Notes under the pieces: model-generated
The model's database searches: none
What the model saw: the letters and a program-made list of their open reading frames with translations, nothing else
What the model was told of the DNA's origin: nothing
Made by a program: the position numbers and the translations under genes
In this document: one piece after another, positions 25,801 through 33,714 of the stretch
Position numbering within the stretch: position 1 is the stretch's first letter
Layout of the letters: each line of letters starts with the position of its first letter
Assembly: GCA_017609175.1 (NCBI GenBank)
Contig: JAFCEJ010000003.1
Span: forward strand, 149,455 to 213,454
From: Candidatus Pacearchaeota archaeon
GTDB taxonomy: Archaea > Nanobdellota > Nanobdellia > Pacearchaeales > GW2011-AR1
Length of the DNA: 64,000 nucleotides
Direction: 5' to 3'

Positions 25801-26607
25801 ATGTTTGTAGTTAAAGTTCCTGGAATAAATGGGTTAGGAAAGACTAATGGGTGTGAGAAAGCAGGTAATGCTATTTTGAAGGCTCTTGAAGAGATTTATA
25901 CGAATGAGCAAGGGGTACCGATTGATATTCGTTTATTGGATTTAGAGGAGATTCATTTGGATAACTCTAATTTGGATTTGACAAATGATTTGATTTATAA
26001 GAATGCTTTTGAGACTTTTGAAGAAAAACCTAAAACTGTTTTTTTGGGGGGGGATCATTCTGTTTCATACTCTTTGACTCATGCGTTTTTGGATTATTGT
26101 CAAAATTCTGCGAAAGAACCTTGTTTGATTGTTTTTGATGCACATGCAGATGTTATGAAGCCTGTTGATAGTGATTTTCCAACACATGAAGAGTGGCTTA
26201 GGGGATTGATTGAAAAAGGATTTCCTATTGAGAATATTTTGCTTGTGGGTGTTAGGAATTCTGATGTAAGCGAACTCCAATTTTTGAAAAAAAATAATGT
26301 GAAGATGATTTCTATGAATCAGTTGCTTTTTGATTTGCATGAAACTTGTGATACTATTATGGAATTTTCAAGTGGAAAGGAGCTTTATGTTTCTATTGAT
26401 ATTGATGTTATTGACCCTGCATTTGCGCCTGCTACAGGTTATTGTGAACCAGGGGGATTGACAAGCAGACAATTCTTATATGTTCTTCAAAGAATAAATA
26501 AAATTAAAAATCTGAAAGCCGTTGATATTGTAGAAATTAATCCTGAGAAAGATGAAAAAGGATTGACTGTTCAATTAGGTGCTAAAATTTTGAGTGAGTT
26601 AATATGA
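25801..26607 (+). CDS. Ureohydrolase family enzyme (agmatinase/arginase-like)
   Basis: Mn-binding motifs GGDHS, DAHADV and SIDIDVIDPAFAP. Confidence 0.85.
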   Translation: MFVVKVPGINGLGKTNGCEKAGNAILKALEEIYTNEQGVPIDIRLLDLEEIHLDNSNLDLTNDLIYKNAFETFEEKPKTVFLGGDHSVSYSLTHAFLDYCQNSAKEPCLIVFDAHADVMKPVDSDFPTHEEWLRGLIEKGFPIENILLVGVRNSDVSELQFLKKNNVKMISMNQLLFDLHETCDTIMEFSSGKELYVSIDIDVIDPAFAPATGYCEPGGLTSRQFLYVLQRINKIKNLKAVDIVEINPEKDEKGLTVQLGAKILSELI

Positions 26608-27155
26608 GAGCTTTTATTTCTTTAGAACTTCCGAAAGAAGCAGTGAATTATATTCAAAAAATCCAAGAACAAATTAAAGAAAAAGATTTATTTTTTGGGA
26701 AATTTACAGAGCCTGAAAATCTTCATTTGACTTTGAAATTTTTAGGAGAAGTTGACGCTAAGAAAATTGAAGAGGTGAAAAAGAGGTTAACAAAGATTAA
26801 GTTTGAAGCCTTTGAAGCCGAGCTTGGGGAGGTTGGCGTTTTTTCTGAGGATTTTGTGAGGATTATTTGGCTTAAATTGGATGGGAATGGGGTTTTTGAA
26901 TTACAGAAGAAAATTGATGGGGTTTTAAAGGGCTTGTTTGAGCCAGAACACCGATTTATGAGCCATATTACTATTGCACGGGTGAAGAATATTAAGGATA
27001 AGAAAAAACTTTTAGATTTTTTGAAGAGTTTAAGGATAAGAAAATTAAAATTCAGCATTAATAGATTTTATTTGAAAGAATCTCAATTATTCCAAAAGGG
27101 TCCGGTATATAAAGTTATCGAGGTATTTAATTTGAACAAAGAAAAATATAACTGA
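26604..27155 (+). CDS. thpR: RNA 2',3'-cyclic phosphodiesterase (ThpR/LigT, 2H family)
   Basis: Two HxT/S motifs: HLTLKFLG and HITIAR. Confidence 0.85.
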   Translation: MRAFISLELPKEAVNYIQKIQEQIKEKDLFFGKFTEPENLHLTLKFLGEVDAKKIEEVKKRLTKIKFEAFEAELGEVGVFSEDFVRIIWLKLDGNGVFELQKKIDGVLKGLFEPEHRFMSHITIARVKNIKDKKKLLDFLKSLRIRKLKFSINRFYLKESQLFQKGPVYKVIEVFNLNKEKYN

Positions 27156-27231
27156 GAAAGAAAACAGACATTTATATGTTTTTTGTGTTTGATTATATTC
27201 TTTAAATGATATATTTTTTTAAAAACATTTA

Positions 27232-27618
27232 ATGCCATTTTATATTTTAATGAAAATAGAAGATTTATCTCTTCCTTTGGTTTTGAGGAGATTTGTGAAA
27301 CTTTATCTTAAAGAAGCATTGGATTTAGCTAAAAAGGAATTTTCTCCTGAAGAGTTTTATGATCGTTTGATAAAGAGTGTTTCTGAGAAATCTGGTTATC
27401 CTGAGAAAATTATTTTAGGGCTTCATCATCCTTTTCATTGGGAGCTTTTTTCTAAAAATGGTTCTTCTTTTTTAGAATATGTTCAGCCAGTTGAAAAAGG
27501 GGAAAGAAGATATATAAAATTAAAGAGAAATTATTCTGAAGAAGATATTGATGATTTTTCTAATTCTTTTTTGAGGAAATGGGAAACTACTTTATTGGGG
27601 AAATTAGAACGGCTTTAA
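27232..27618 (+). CDS. Hypothetical protein
   Basis: 128-aa ORF with no recognisable motifs. Confidence 0.35.
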   Translation: MPFYILMKIEDLSLPLVLRRFVKLYLKEALDLAKKEFSPEEFYDRLIKSVSEKSGYPEKIILGLHHPFHWELFSKNGSSFLEYVQPVEKGERRYIKLKRNYSEEDIDDFSNSFLRKWETTLLGKLERL

Positions 27619-27634
27619 TTGATTTGGCCTTTTG

Positions 27635-28312
27635 TTAGTCTAATAACTTTTCAAAAATTTCTGCTTTTTTGCCTATAATTTTTTTAAGATTTTCTATTGG
27701 GGCATTGATTACCCCTCGGATAGATTTGAATTCTTTTAGAAGTTTTTTTGCAGTGGCAGGGCCAATTCCAGGAAATCCTTCGAGGATAAATTGTTTCTGT
27801 TCTTGAGGATTCAATGATTTCTTTTTGGGATTTAAAGAAAAATGTTTTTTTGTTTGTTTTCTTGCGAGCACATTAATAAATGCTGCAGTATCTTTTTCAT
27901 CTTTTGTAAAAATTATTGGGACCTGATATTTTAAAATAATCGAGAGAATCATTCCCCGAATAGCATTCCCATTTATTCCTTCTAGGTAATCATTGTAAAG
28001 TTCTTGTTCTTCTATACCTTCAACAATGAGAAAATATTTTGGATATTGTTTTATTTCTTCTAATTGTTTGAAAAGTCTTTTATTTATTAAAGAATATATG
28101 AAATCATTTACTGTTTTTCTTTCAATTGCAACTTCTTTTGAAATAAAATCTGCAACTTTTAATACTTTAAATTCAATTTCTACTCCTAACCCAATTAGTT
28201 CTGAAATTACTAATGAATTTTTCTCTCTATAGTCTGCTATTATTTTTGGTTTTATTATTTTTTTTATTGTTTTCTTTTCTGGTTTTGTAAATATATCAAA
28301 AAAAGGAGTCAT
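27635..28312 (-). CDS. ERCC4/XPF-type nuclease with C-terminal (HhH)2: the nuclease half of Hef
   Basis: IIADYREK...VAIERKTVNDF (ERCC4 GDxn-ERKx3D-like core). C-terminal EGFPGIGPATAKKLL HhH. Starts 1 nt after the helicase ORF stop. Confidence 0.85.
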   Translation of the reverse strand: MTPFFDIFTKPEKKTIKKIIKPKIIADYREKNSLVISELIGLGVEIEFKVLKVADFISKEVAIERKTVNDFIYSLINKRLFKQLEEIKQYPKYFLIVEGIEEQELYNDYLEGINGNAIRGMILSIILKYQVPIIFTKDEKDTAAFINVLARKQTKKHFSLNPKKKSLNPQEQKQFILEGFPGIGPATAKKLLKEFKSIRGVINAPIENLKKIIGKKAEIFEKLLD

Positions 28313-28313
28313 T

Positions 28314-29924
28314 CTAAATATCTTCTGATTTGTTTTGTTTAATTTTTTTCTGGTTTTGATTTAGGGCAGGTAATTTTTCTTGTTTTTCAAATTTCAATTT
28401 TCTATCATCTTTTAATTCTTTTTTTATTGAATCGATTGTTGAATACATTCTTTTTTCTCTATGGAATGCTGCCCAATAATATGGTTCGTCTCGCGTATTT
28501 TTTGTTACAAGAATTATTAGTTTTCCTGGCATGAGCCGTGCAGTTCTACCTGCTCTTTGGATTTTTCTTATTGCTGATGGAACAGGTTCATAAAAAATTA
28601 CTGCGTTAACTTCGGGAATATCTAATCCTTCTTCACCTATTGAAGTTGCACAAAGGACGTTGATTTTTCCAAGAGAAAATTCTTTTATTATCTCTTGTTG
28701 TTCTTTTTGACTTAAACCCGTTTCTCCTTTTTTTGCCTGCCCGACGAAAACTTTTGCTCTGACTCCTTGAATCGCATTTAATTTTTTGCAAATTGTTGTA
28801 ACAGTGTCTCTAAACTGCGCAAAAATTATTATTTTTGTTTTAGGGTTTTTATTAAAATCTTCTCTTACTAATTCTTCTAATTTTTCTAACTTTGGATGTT
28901 CAATATTTTTTGCTAAGAGTTCTATTGTCGCGGAATAAACAAAATTGAATTCTGGTTTTTTTACTAATTGCTGAACACCTTTGCTTTTTGCTTTTGCTGC
29001 CTGTTGGAAAATGCTTTTTAGATATTCATTGAAACTTTTTAATGTCTGCGTTTCTAATAGTTCTAAAGCATGTTGGATTTTAATTGCATTTGCACAAACA
29101 CTGGCCCCTCTAAGATAATTGAAATTTTTATTTCCTATTGCAATAGAACGCATTATTTTTTTTTGAAGTTCTATTAAACTTATTTTATTTGCTGGGCCGA
29201 AAAGAATGTGTCTTGTTTTTAACTCTTCAATATACCTGTCATAAATTTGTTTTAGTACATGCCTTATTTCTTCGAATTCTTTCGGGAAATCTACCTTAAT
29301 AGCATTGAATTTTAATTCCTGAAGATATTGTTTGACATCATCACTTTCCCTTGTCCTTAGTTCTACTTCTTCTACTGACAGATTTTTGCAAATTTTTTTC
29401 ACTTTTGTTTTATCACTTCCTGGCGAGGCAGTTAATCCAATGATTCTTGAATTTTTTGCTTCCTTAATATATCTTTGTGCGACGTATTTATAATCATATT
29501 TTTTTAAACACCGGTGTGCTTCGTCTTCTATTAAAAGACAAACCTCTTGTAGTGTGTATAAATTATTTTTCAAATCATTTGCAACACATTGCGGTGTTGA
29601 AAATATAATATCTACAGTTTGCCAGATTTTTTGTCTAATTCTTGCAGGAGTTTTTCCTGTAAAGATTTGCATTTCTGCGAATAATTCTGGGAGATGTTTT
29701 TTAAAATAATTGAAATGCTGTTCCACTAATGGCCGCGTTGGTGCAAGAAAAACAACTTTTTTTCCAGGAAATTTTTGCATCCGGTCAATCGCTAACATTA
29801 ATGCAATTAATGTTTTTCCGACTCCTGTTGGAAGAACGACTAAACAATTTTTCTTTGTGCATGTTTCAAAGATTTTTTGTTGATATTCTCTTGGTTTTAT
29901 ATTCTGGAGAAATTTATAAGGCAT
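28314..29924 (-). CDS. hef: Hef/FANCM-type SF2 helicase (helicase half of Hef)
   Basis: PREYQQKIF, LPTGVGKT (motif I), DEAH (IEDEAHRC), LTASPG, and QRAGRTAR (motif VI). Confidence 0.85.
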   Translation of the reverse strand: MPYKFLQNIKPREYQQKIFETCTKKNCLVVLPTGVGKTLIALMLAIDRMQKFPGKKVVFLAPTRPLVEQHFNYFKKHLPELFAEMQIFTGKTPARIRQKIWQTVDIIFSTPQCVANDLKNNLYTLQEVCLLIEDEAHRCLKKYDYKYVAQRYIKEAKNSRIIGLTASPGSDKTKVKKICKNLSVEEVELRTRESDDVKQYLQELKFNAIKVDFPKEFEEIRHVLKQIYDRYIEELKTRHILFGPANKISLIELQKKIMRSIAIGNKNFNYLRGASVCANAIKIQHALELLETQTLKSFNEYLKSIFQQAAKAKSKGVQQLVKKPEFNFVYSATIELLAKNIEHPKLEKLEELVREDFNKNPKTKIIIFAQFRDTVTTICKKLNAIQGVRAKVFVGQAKKGETGLSQKEQQEIIKEFSLGKINVLCATSIGEEGLDIPEVNAVIFYEPVPSAIRKIQRAGRTARLMPGKLIILVTKNTRDEPYYWAAFHREKRMYSTIDSIKKELKDDRKLKFEKQEKLPALNQNQKKIKQNKSEDI

Positions 29925-29963
29925 AAGCGTAAAAAATGATTAGAATATATAAGATTTGTGTGA

Positions 29964-30617
29964 TTATATTAGTAATAGAGCATAAGCGGTTCCAATAAGC
30001 GTGATAGTCGCCAAAAAACTCCATAGGACTTTGCTCCCAAAAAATATCTTGTTCCCGTCGAGATCTGAGATTGGAAGCATATTGAAAAAAGCAAAATAGA
30101 TATTTAATTTTGCGAATTCTGGTTGGTTGATGAAATAACCAATTACCGCGGCAATAAGGTTTATGATAATTCCTGCTGCTGCAATTAAGCCGATGTGATA
30201 TTCTGTCATTTCTGAAAATGTATAGAGTCCGTGTCTTTTTGCAGCGTGATGGACTTTTGCTTTTACATCAAAAACTAGCGAAGCCATCCATTTTACTGTT
30301 CCAAATGTGAAAAATGCGAAGAGGATTGGGATGAATGCTCCTGCCGGGAAAGGTCTTTTGAATTCTTTTGAAGGGTGGATATATCCTCCAGAAGAAACTC
30401 CGAGCAAACCATATTTTTTTATTTCCCATAACTTTATCTCAATTTCAGCATCAAAATAATTGCTTGCAATTTTTTTTGCAGAGATATTTAGTCCTAGAAT
30501 TAGGAGGACCGAGATTAAAGCATATCTAAAACTTTCTAATGTTTCCATCATACTTACTACAAATGCTAGAAGTATTGTTATTGCTAGTGTTATAATGATT
30601 TCTTTTTTGTTTAACAT
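29964..30617 (-). CDS. Polytopic membrane protein, M50/site-2-protease-like but lacking HExxH
   Basis: C-terminal FNMLPISDLDGNKIF resembles the M50 NxxPxxxLDG motif. No HExxH anywhere in the 217 aa. Confidence 0.4.
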   Translation of the reverse strand: MLNKKEIIITLAITILLAFVVSMMETLESFRYALISVLLILGLNISAKKIASNYFDAEIEIKLWEIKKYGLLGVSSGGYIHPSKEFKRPFPAGAFIPILFAFFTFGTVKWMASLVFDVKAKVHHAAKRHGLYTFSEMTEYHIGLIAAAGIIINLIAAVIGYFINQPEFAKLNIYFAFFNMLPISDLDGNKIFFGSKVLWSFLATITLIGTAYALLLI

Positions 30618-30743
30618 TTTGTTAAAAAAACAACCAAGATTTCTTTATTAAATTTTCCTTTATATGTTTGACTATGCACTATGATATTGTAATATATTTT
30701 TGACTATGGAAAACTATTTAAATAAAAGTGAGTAATTTTCATC

Positions 30744-31022
30744 ATGAGAGTTAAAAAAATTACAGAGGTTATTGGTATGAAAGTATATACTGATTCTGGA
30801 GATTTTTTTGGGGAGATAGAGGAAGCTAACTTGCACGAGAATAAAATTGATGGGTGGAGAATCAAAGTTGGTGGTAGTGTAACTTCTTTGATAGGTGGCG
30901 CACGAGGAGTAATTATTCCTCACCAATTTGTTAGGGCTATAAACGATATAGTTATAATAAACAGAGCAGCATTACCCAGCAATGATTCTGACATAGAAGA
31001 AATTCCTAGTGATTTGATATAA
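30744..31022 (+). CDS. PRC-barrel domain protein
   Basis: VIGMKVYTDSGDFFGEIEEANLHENKIDGWRIKV...IIPHQFVRAINDIVII. Confidence 0.7.
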   Translation: MRVKKITEVIGMKVYTDSGDFFGEIEEANLHENKIDGWRIKVGGSVTSLIGGARGVIIPHQFVRAINDIVIINRAALPSNDSDIEEIPSDLI

Positions 31023-31066
31023 GATTGTGAAAATATTTATAAGAGACGTTTTCTTCTTATAATTAG

Positions 31067-31342
31067 ATGAAGAAAAAATTTGAGAAAAAAATCTGGTGGA
31101 ATTTGTTGCATTTAATATTTATTGTTGTTGGATTATTGATTTGGTTAATCGTATTAAATAATTTTTGTGTGGTTGTTGGAACTACTCAAGAATTTCCTTT
31201 GCCCCCTCAACCTCCTTTTTTAGAATGTCTTTTGAGTGTGGTTGTTACTCCTTTATTTTGGGTATATACAATAATTTTGGAAGTAGTTTTATATCTAATG
31301 GCAACCCTAATTTCTTGGCTATATTATAAAAATAAAAAATAA
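31067..31342 (+). CDS. Small membrane protein (hypothetical)
   Basis: Two predicted TMs; 91 aa. Confidence 0.4.
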   Translation: MKKKFEKKIWWNLLHLIFIVVGLLIWLIVLNNFCVVVGTTQEFPLPPQPPFLECLLSVVVTPLFWVYTIILEVVLYLMATLISWLYYKNKK

Positions 31343-31345
31343 CCC

Positions 31346-31360
31346 GAAACATATTTAAAG
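31346..31360 (+). promoter_or_regulatory. BRE/TATA-like promoter CGAAACATATTTAAA
   Basis: Ends 20 nt before ATG 31381, which suggests a leaderless or short-leader mRNA. An identical 15-mer recurs at 31876-31890. Confidence 0.55.
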
Positions 31361-31380
31361 ATATTTGTTAATTATTAGTT

Positions 31381-31872
31381 ATGGCGAAAGAAGTGATTTT
31401 TCAGAACTGGATTGTCAAAGATTATATTTTGCCTTTTTTGTTGGCGTTTGTTTTGGTGTTTGCTATTCTTGAAAAGACAAAAATTTTTGGAGATGGTAAA
31501 AAACAACTTAATGCTATTTTCGCATTTGTTGTTGGACTTATCTTTATTGGATTTATTTATCCTAAAGAAGTTGTTGGAAATATAATCTTATTTTTAACAG
31601 TTTCTTTGGTGGTTGTTTTTGTATTCTTATTGCTTTATGGATTTGTTATCGGAGATAATGATGGATTTAAGCTTGGAAAGGGGTTAAAGACATTTTTAGG
31701 TATTGTTATTGGAATAGCAGTTGTTTTTGCAGTGATTTGGGCAACAGGAATTGAGACGAGAATTATAGATTTATTGTTTAGGCAACCTTGGAGCGAAGCT
31801 TTTTGGACAAATCTTGCTTTTATTGCGGTTTTTGTTTGGGTTGTTTCATGGGTTTTGAAAAGTTCTAAATAA
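31381..31872 (+). CDS. Polytopic membrane protein (hypothetical)
   Basis: Four or five hydrophobic helices; 163 aa. Confidence 0.5.
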   Translation: MAKEVIFQNWIVKDYILPFLLAFVLVFAILEKTKIFGDGKKQLNAIFAFVVGLIFIGFIYPKEVVGNIILFLTVSLVVVFVFLLLYGFVIGDNDGFKLGKGLKTFLGIVIGIAVVFAVIWATGIETRIIDLLFRQPWSEAFWTNLAFIAVFVWVVSWVLKSSK

Positions 31873-31875
31873 TTT

Positions 31876-31890
31876 CGAAACATATTTAAA
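31876..31890 (+). promoter_or_regulatory. BRE/TATA-like promoter CGAAACATATTTAAA (second copy)
   Basis: Ends 21 nt before ATG 31912. Confidence 0.55.
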
Positions 31891-31911
31891 TCTGGTTTAT
31901 TAAATATTGGT

Positions 31912-32478
31912 ATGTTAAATGAGGGATTAATGTTTTTGTATTCTTATGGTTATTATGGAGGAACTATTGGAAATGCTCTTAGTCAATTAGAACAAATGGG
32001 TTTTTTTGCTTATGTATTACCTTTTTTATTAATCTTTACTTTGATTTTTGGGATTTTGAGCTCAATGAAGCTTTTTAAAGAGAACCGTGGCGTTGACGCA
32101 GTAATTGCTTTAACAGTTGCATTGATGGCTTTGCAATTTGATTTTGTTCCAAATTTTTTCTCTCAGGTTTTTCCAAGAATGGGCATTGCTCTGGCAGCTA
32201 TTTTAGTAATTTTGATTGTTGCGGGTTTTTTTGTTGATCCTAGCAAATCATGGATTATGTATATTTTATTAGGTGTTGGGGTAATAGCATCTATAGCAGT
32301 ATTAGTAAGTGCATCTGGAAATGTAGGATATTATTCTTCTTACTGGATTTGGAATTATCTTCCAAGTATTGGCCTGATAATCGGGGTAATTGTTATCATT
32401 TTGATTGTAGTCGGAGCGTTTAAACCTGATAATAAAGAATATAAGTTGGGTGATTGGAGAATTAGTAAAAATTCTTAA
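31912..32478 (+). CDS. Polytopic membrane protein (hypothetical)
   Basis: Five hydrophobic helices; 188 aa. Confidence 0.5.
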   Translation: MLNEGLMFLYSYGYYGGTIGNALSQLEQMGFFAYVLPFLLIFTLIFGILSSMKLFKENRGVDAVIALTVALMALQFDFVPNFFSQVFPRMGIALAAILVILIVAGFFVDPSKSWIMYILLGVGVIASIAVLVSASGNVGYYSSYWIWNYLPSIGLIIGVIVIILIVVGAFKPDNKEYKLGDWRISKNS

Positions 32479-32481
32479 TTA

Positions 32482-33231
32482 TTAAATTTTTTTACCTCTT
32501 GTTTTTTTGATAGGTGTTTTTTTAATTTTTGACGAAGATGTTGTTTGAGTTGTTTTATCTATCAGGGGATTTATCATTTTACTGAAAGAGTCTTGCATCA
32601 TAGACATTTCATTTTTTATTGAGTTTAGATTTTCTCCGTAAGAGCTAATTTTTTGGAGTATTGCAATTTGGAATTTATCAATTATTGATTCTATTCTTTC
32701 TAATCTTTTTTCAATTTGGTTTATTCTTGTTTGAGACATTGTTTTAAATTCATTTAGATTTTCAATTTGTTTATTGATTTCTGTCATTTTTTCTGTAAAA
32801 ACTTGTTCTGCTATATCAATTATCGTGTCTGTGTCATAACTTTCTGATTCATATCCATATTCTTGTGGCTGGTAAAAATCTTGTTGATAATTTTGTGAAG
32901 GGTATTGTGATTGAAATTCTTGAAATGATGCTGGTTGTTCTGGTGGCATATATGGTTTAGGTTCATGTGAATATTCTTCTTGTTCTGGTTTTGGGGGTTG
33001 AAGTTCTTGTTCAGGCCTTGGCAACTGACTTTCCTCATTTGGCATTATTGAAGGTTGCATTCCTTCATAATCTTGATTTTGGATGTTTGGAACATTGTTT
33101 TTTATATGGGATTTAGCGAGAGCATCAGTTATCTGTTTTGGGGGGATTCCTTGGTCACGCAATGTTTTTGCAATTTCTTGTTCAGATTTTCCCTGTTGTC
33201 TTAATTCTAGTATTTGGTCTACGACATTCAT
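32482..33231 (-). CDS. Hypothetical protein: small helical N-domain, Q/P/E/Y-rich linker, C-terminal coiled coil
   Basis: ILELRQQGKSEQEIAKTLRDQGIPPKQI, then low complexity (PEQELQPPKPEQEEY...), then heptads (INKQIENLNEF...IEKRLERIESII). Confidence 0.45.
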   Translation of the reverse strand: MNVVDQILELRQQGKSEQEIAKTLRDQGIPPKQITDALAKSHIKNNVPNIQNQDYEGMQPSIMPNEESQLPRPEQELQPPKPEQEEYSHEPKPYMPPEQPASFQEFQSQYPSQNYQQDFYQPQEYGYESESYDTDTIIDIAEQVFTEKMTEINKQIENLNEFKTMSQTRINQIEKRLERIESIIDKFQIAILQKISSYGENLNSIKNEMSMMQDSFSKMINPLIDKTTQTTSSSKIKKTPIKKTRGKKI

Positions 33232-33232
33232 T

Positions 33233-33589
33233 TTATTTTAATTCTTTTAATATTTTTTTTAATTCTTTTTTTGTTACAAAGTTTAATGGTTGAAACATTT
33301 TTGCTTGTTTTGATAATATTGCTACTTCTTCTTTTCTTGCAAATTTTGAGAATTCAGCTGACGCAGATTCTAAAAATTCTATCATCCTTTTTACATCCTG
33401 TTTGATAATTTCAAGCTCTTTTTTTAGTTCTAAAATTTCTTTATTATTTTTTTCTCTAATTTCTACAAGATTTTTTCCTATTAAAAGAATTCGGTCTTTG
33501 AGTATTCTTTGTTTTTCTTCTAAATCTCTGATTCCAATTCCCCCACTAAATTGGTTTTGTCCAGAATAATTAAATTGTTCTTCTACCAT
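33233..33589 (-). CDS. Hypothetical coiled-coil protein
   Basis: 118 aa, heptad-rich. Its stop is 1 nt from the start of the next minus-strand gene. Divergent from the secretion ATPase. Confidence 0.45.
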   Translation of the reverse strand: MVEEQFNYSGQNQFSGGIGIRDLEEKQRILKDRILLIGKNLVEIREKNNKEILELKKELEIIKQDVKRMIEFLESASAEFSKFARKEEVAILSKQAKMFQPLNFVTKKELKKILKELK

Positions 33590-33714
33590 CTTTTTTAAAC
33601 AACCTCTTTCTTTTGGTTAAGGCTGATAAAATATAAAACCAATTGGGGTTTAAATTTCTTGTGTTCTTCATAACAATCTTTATTAATTCTTTTTCTTTAT
33701 TTTAAACATAAAAA

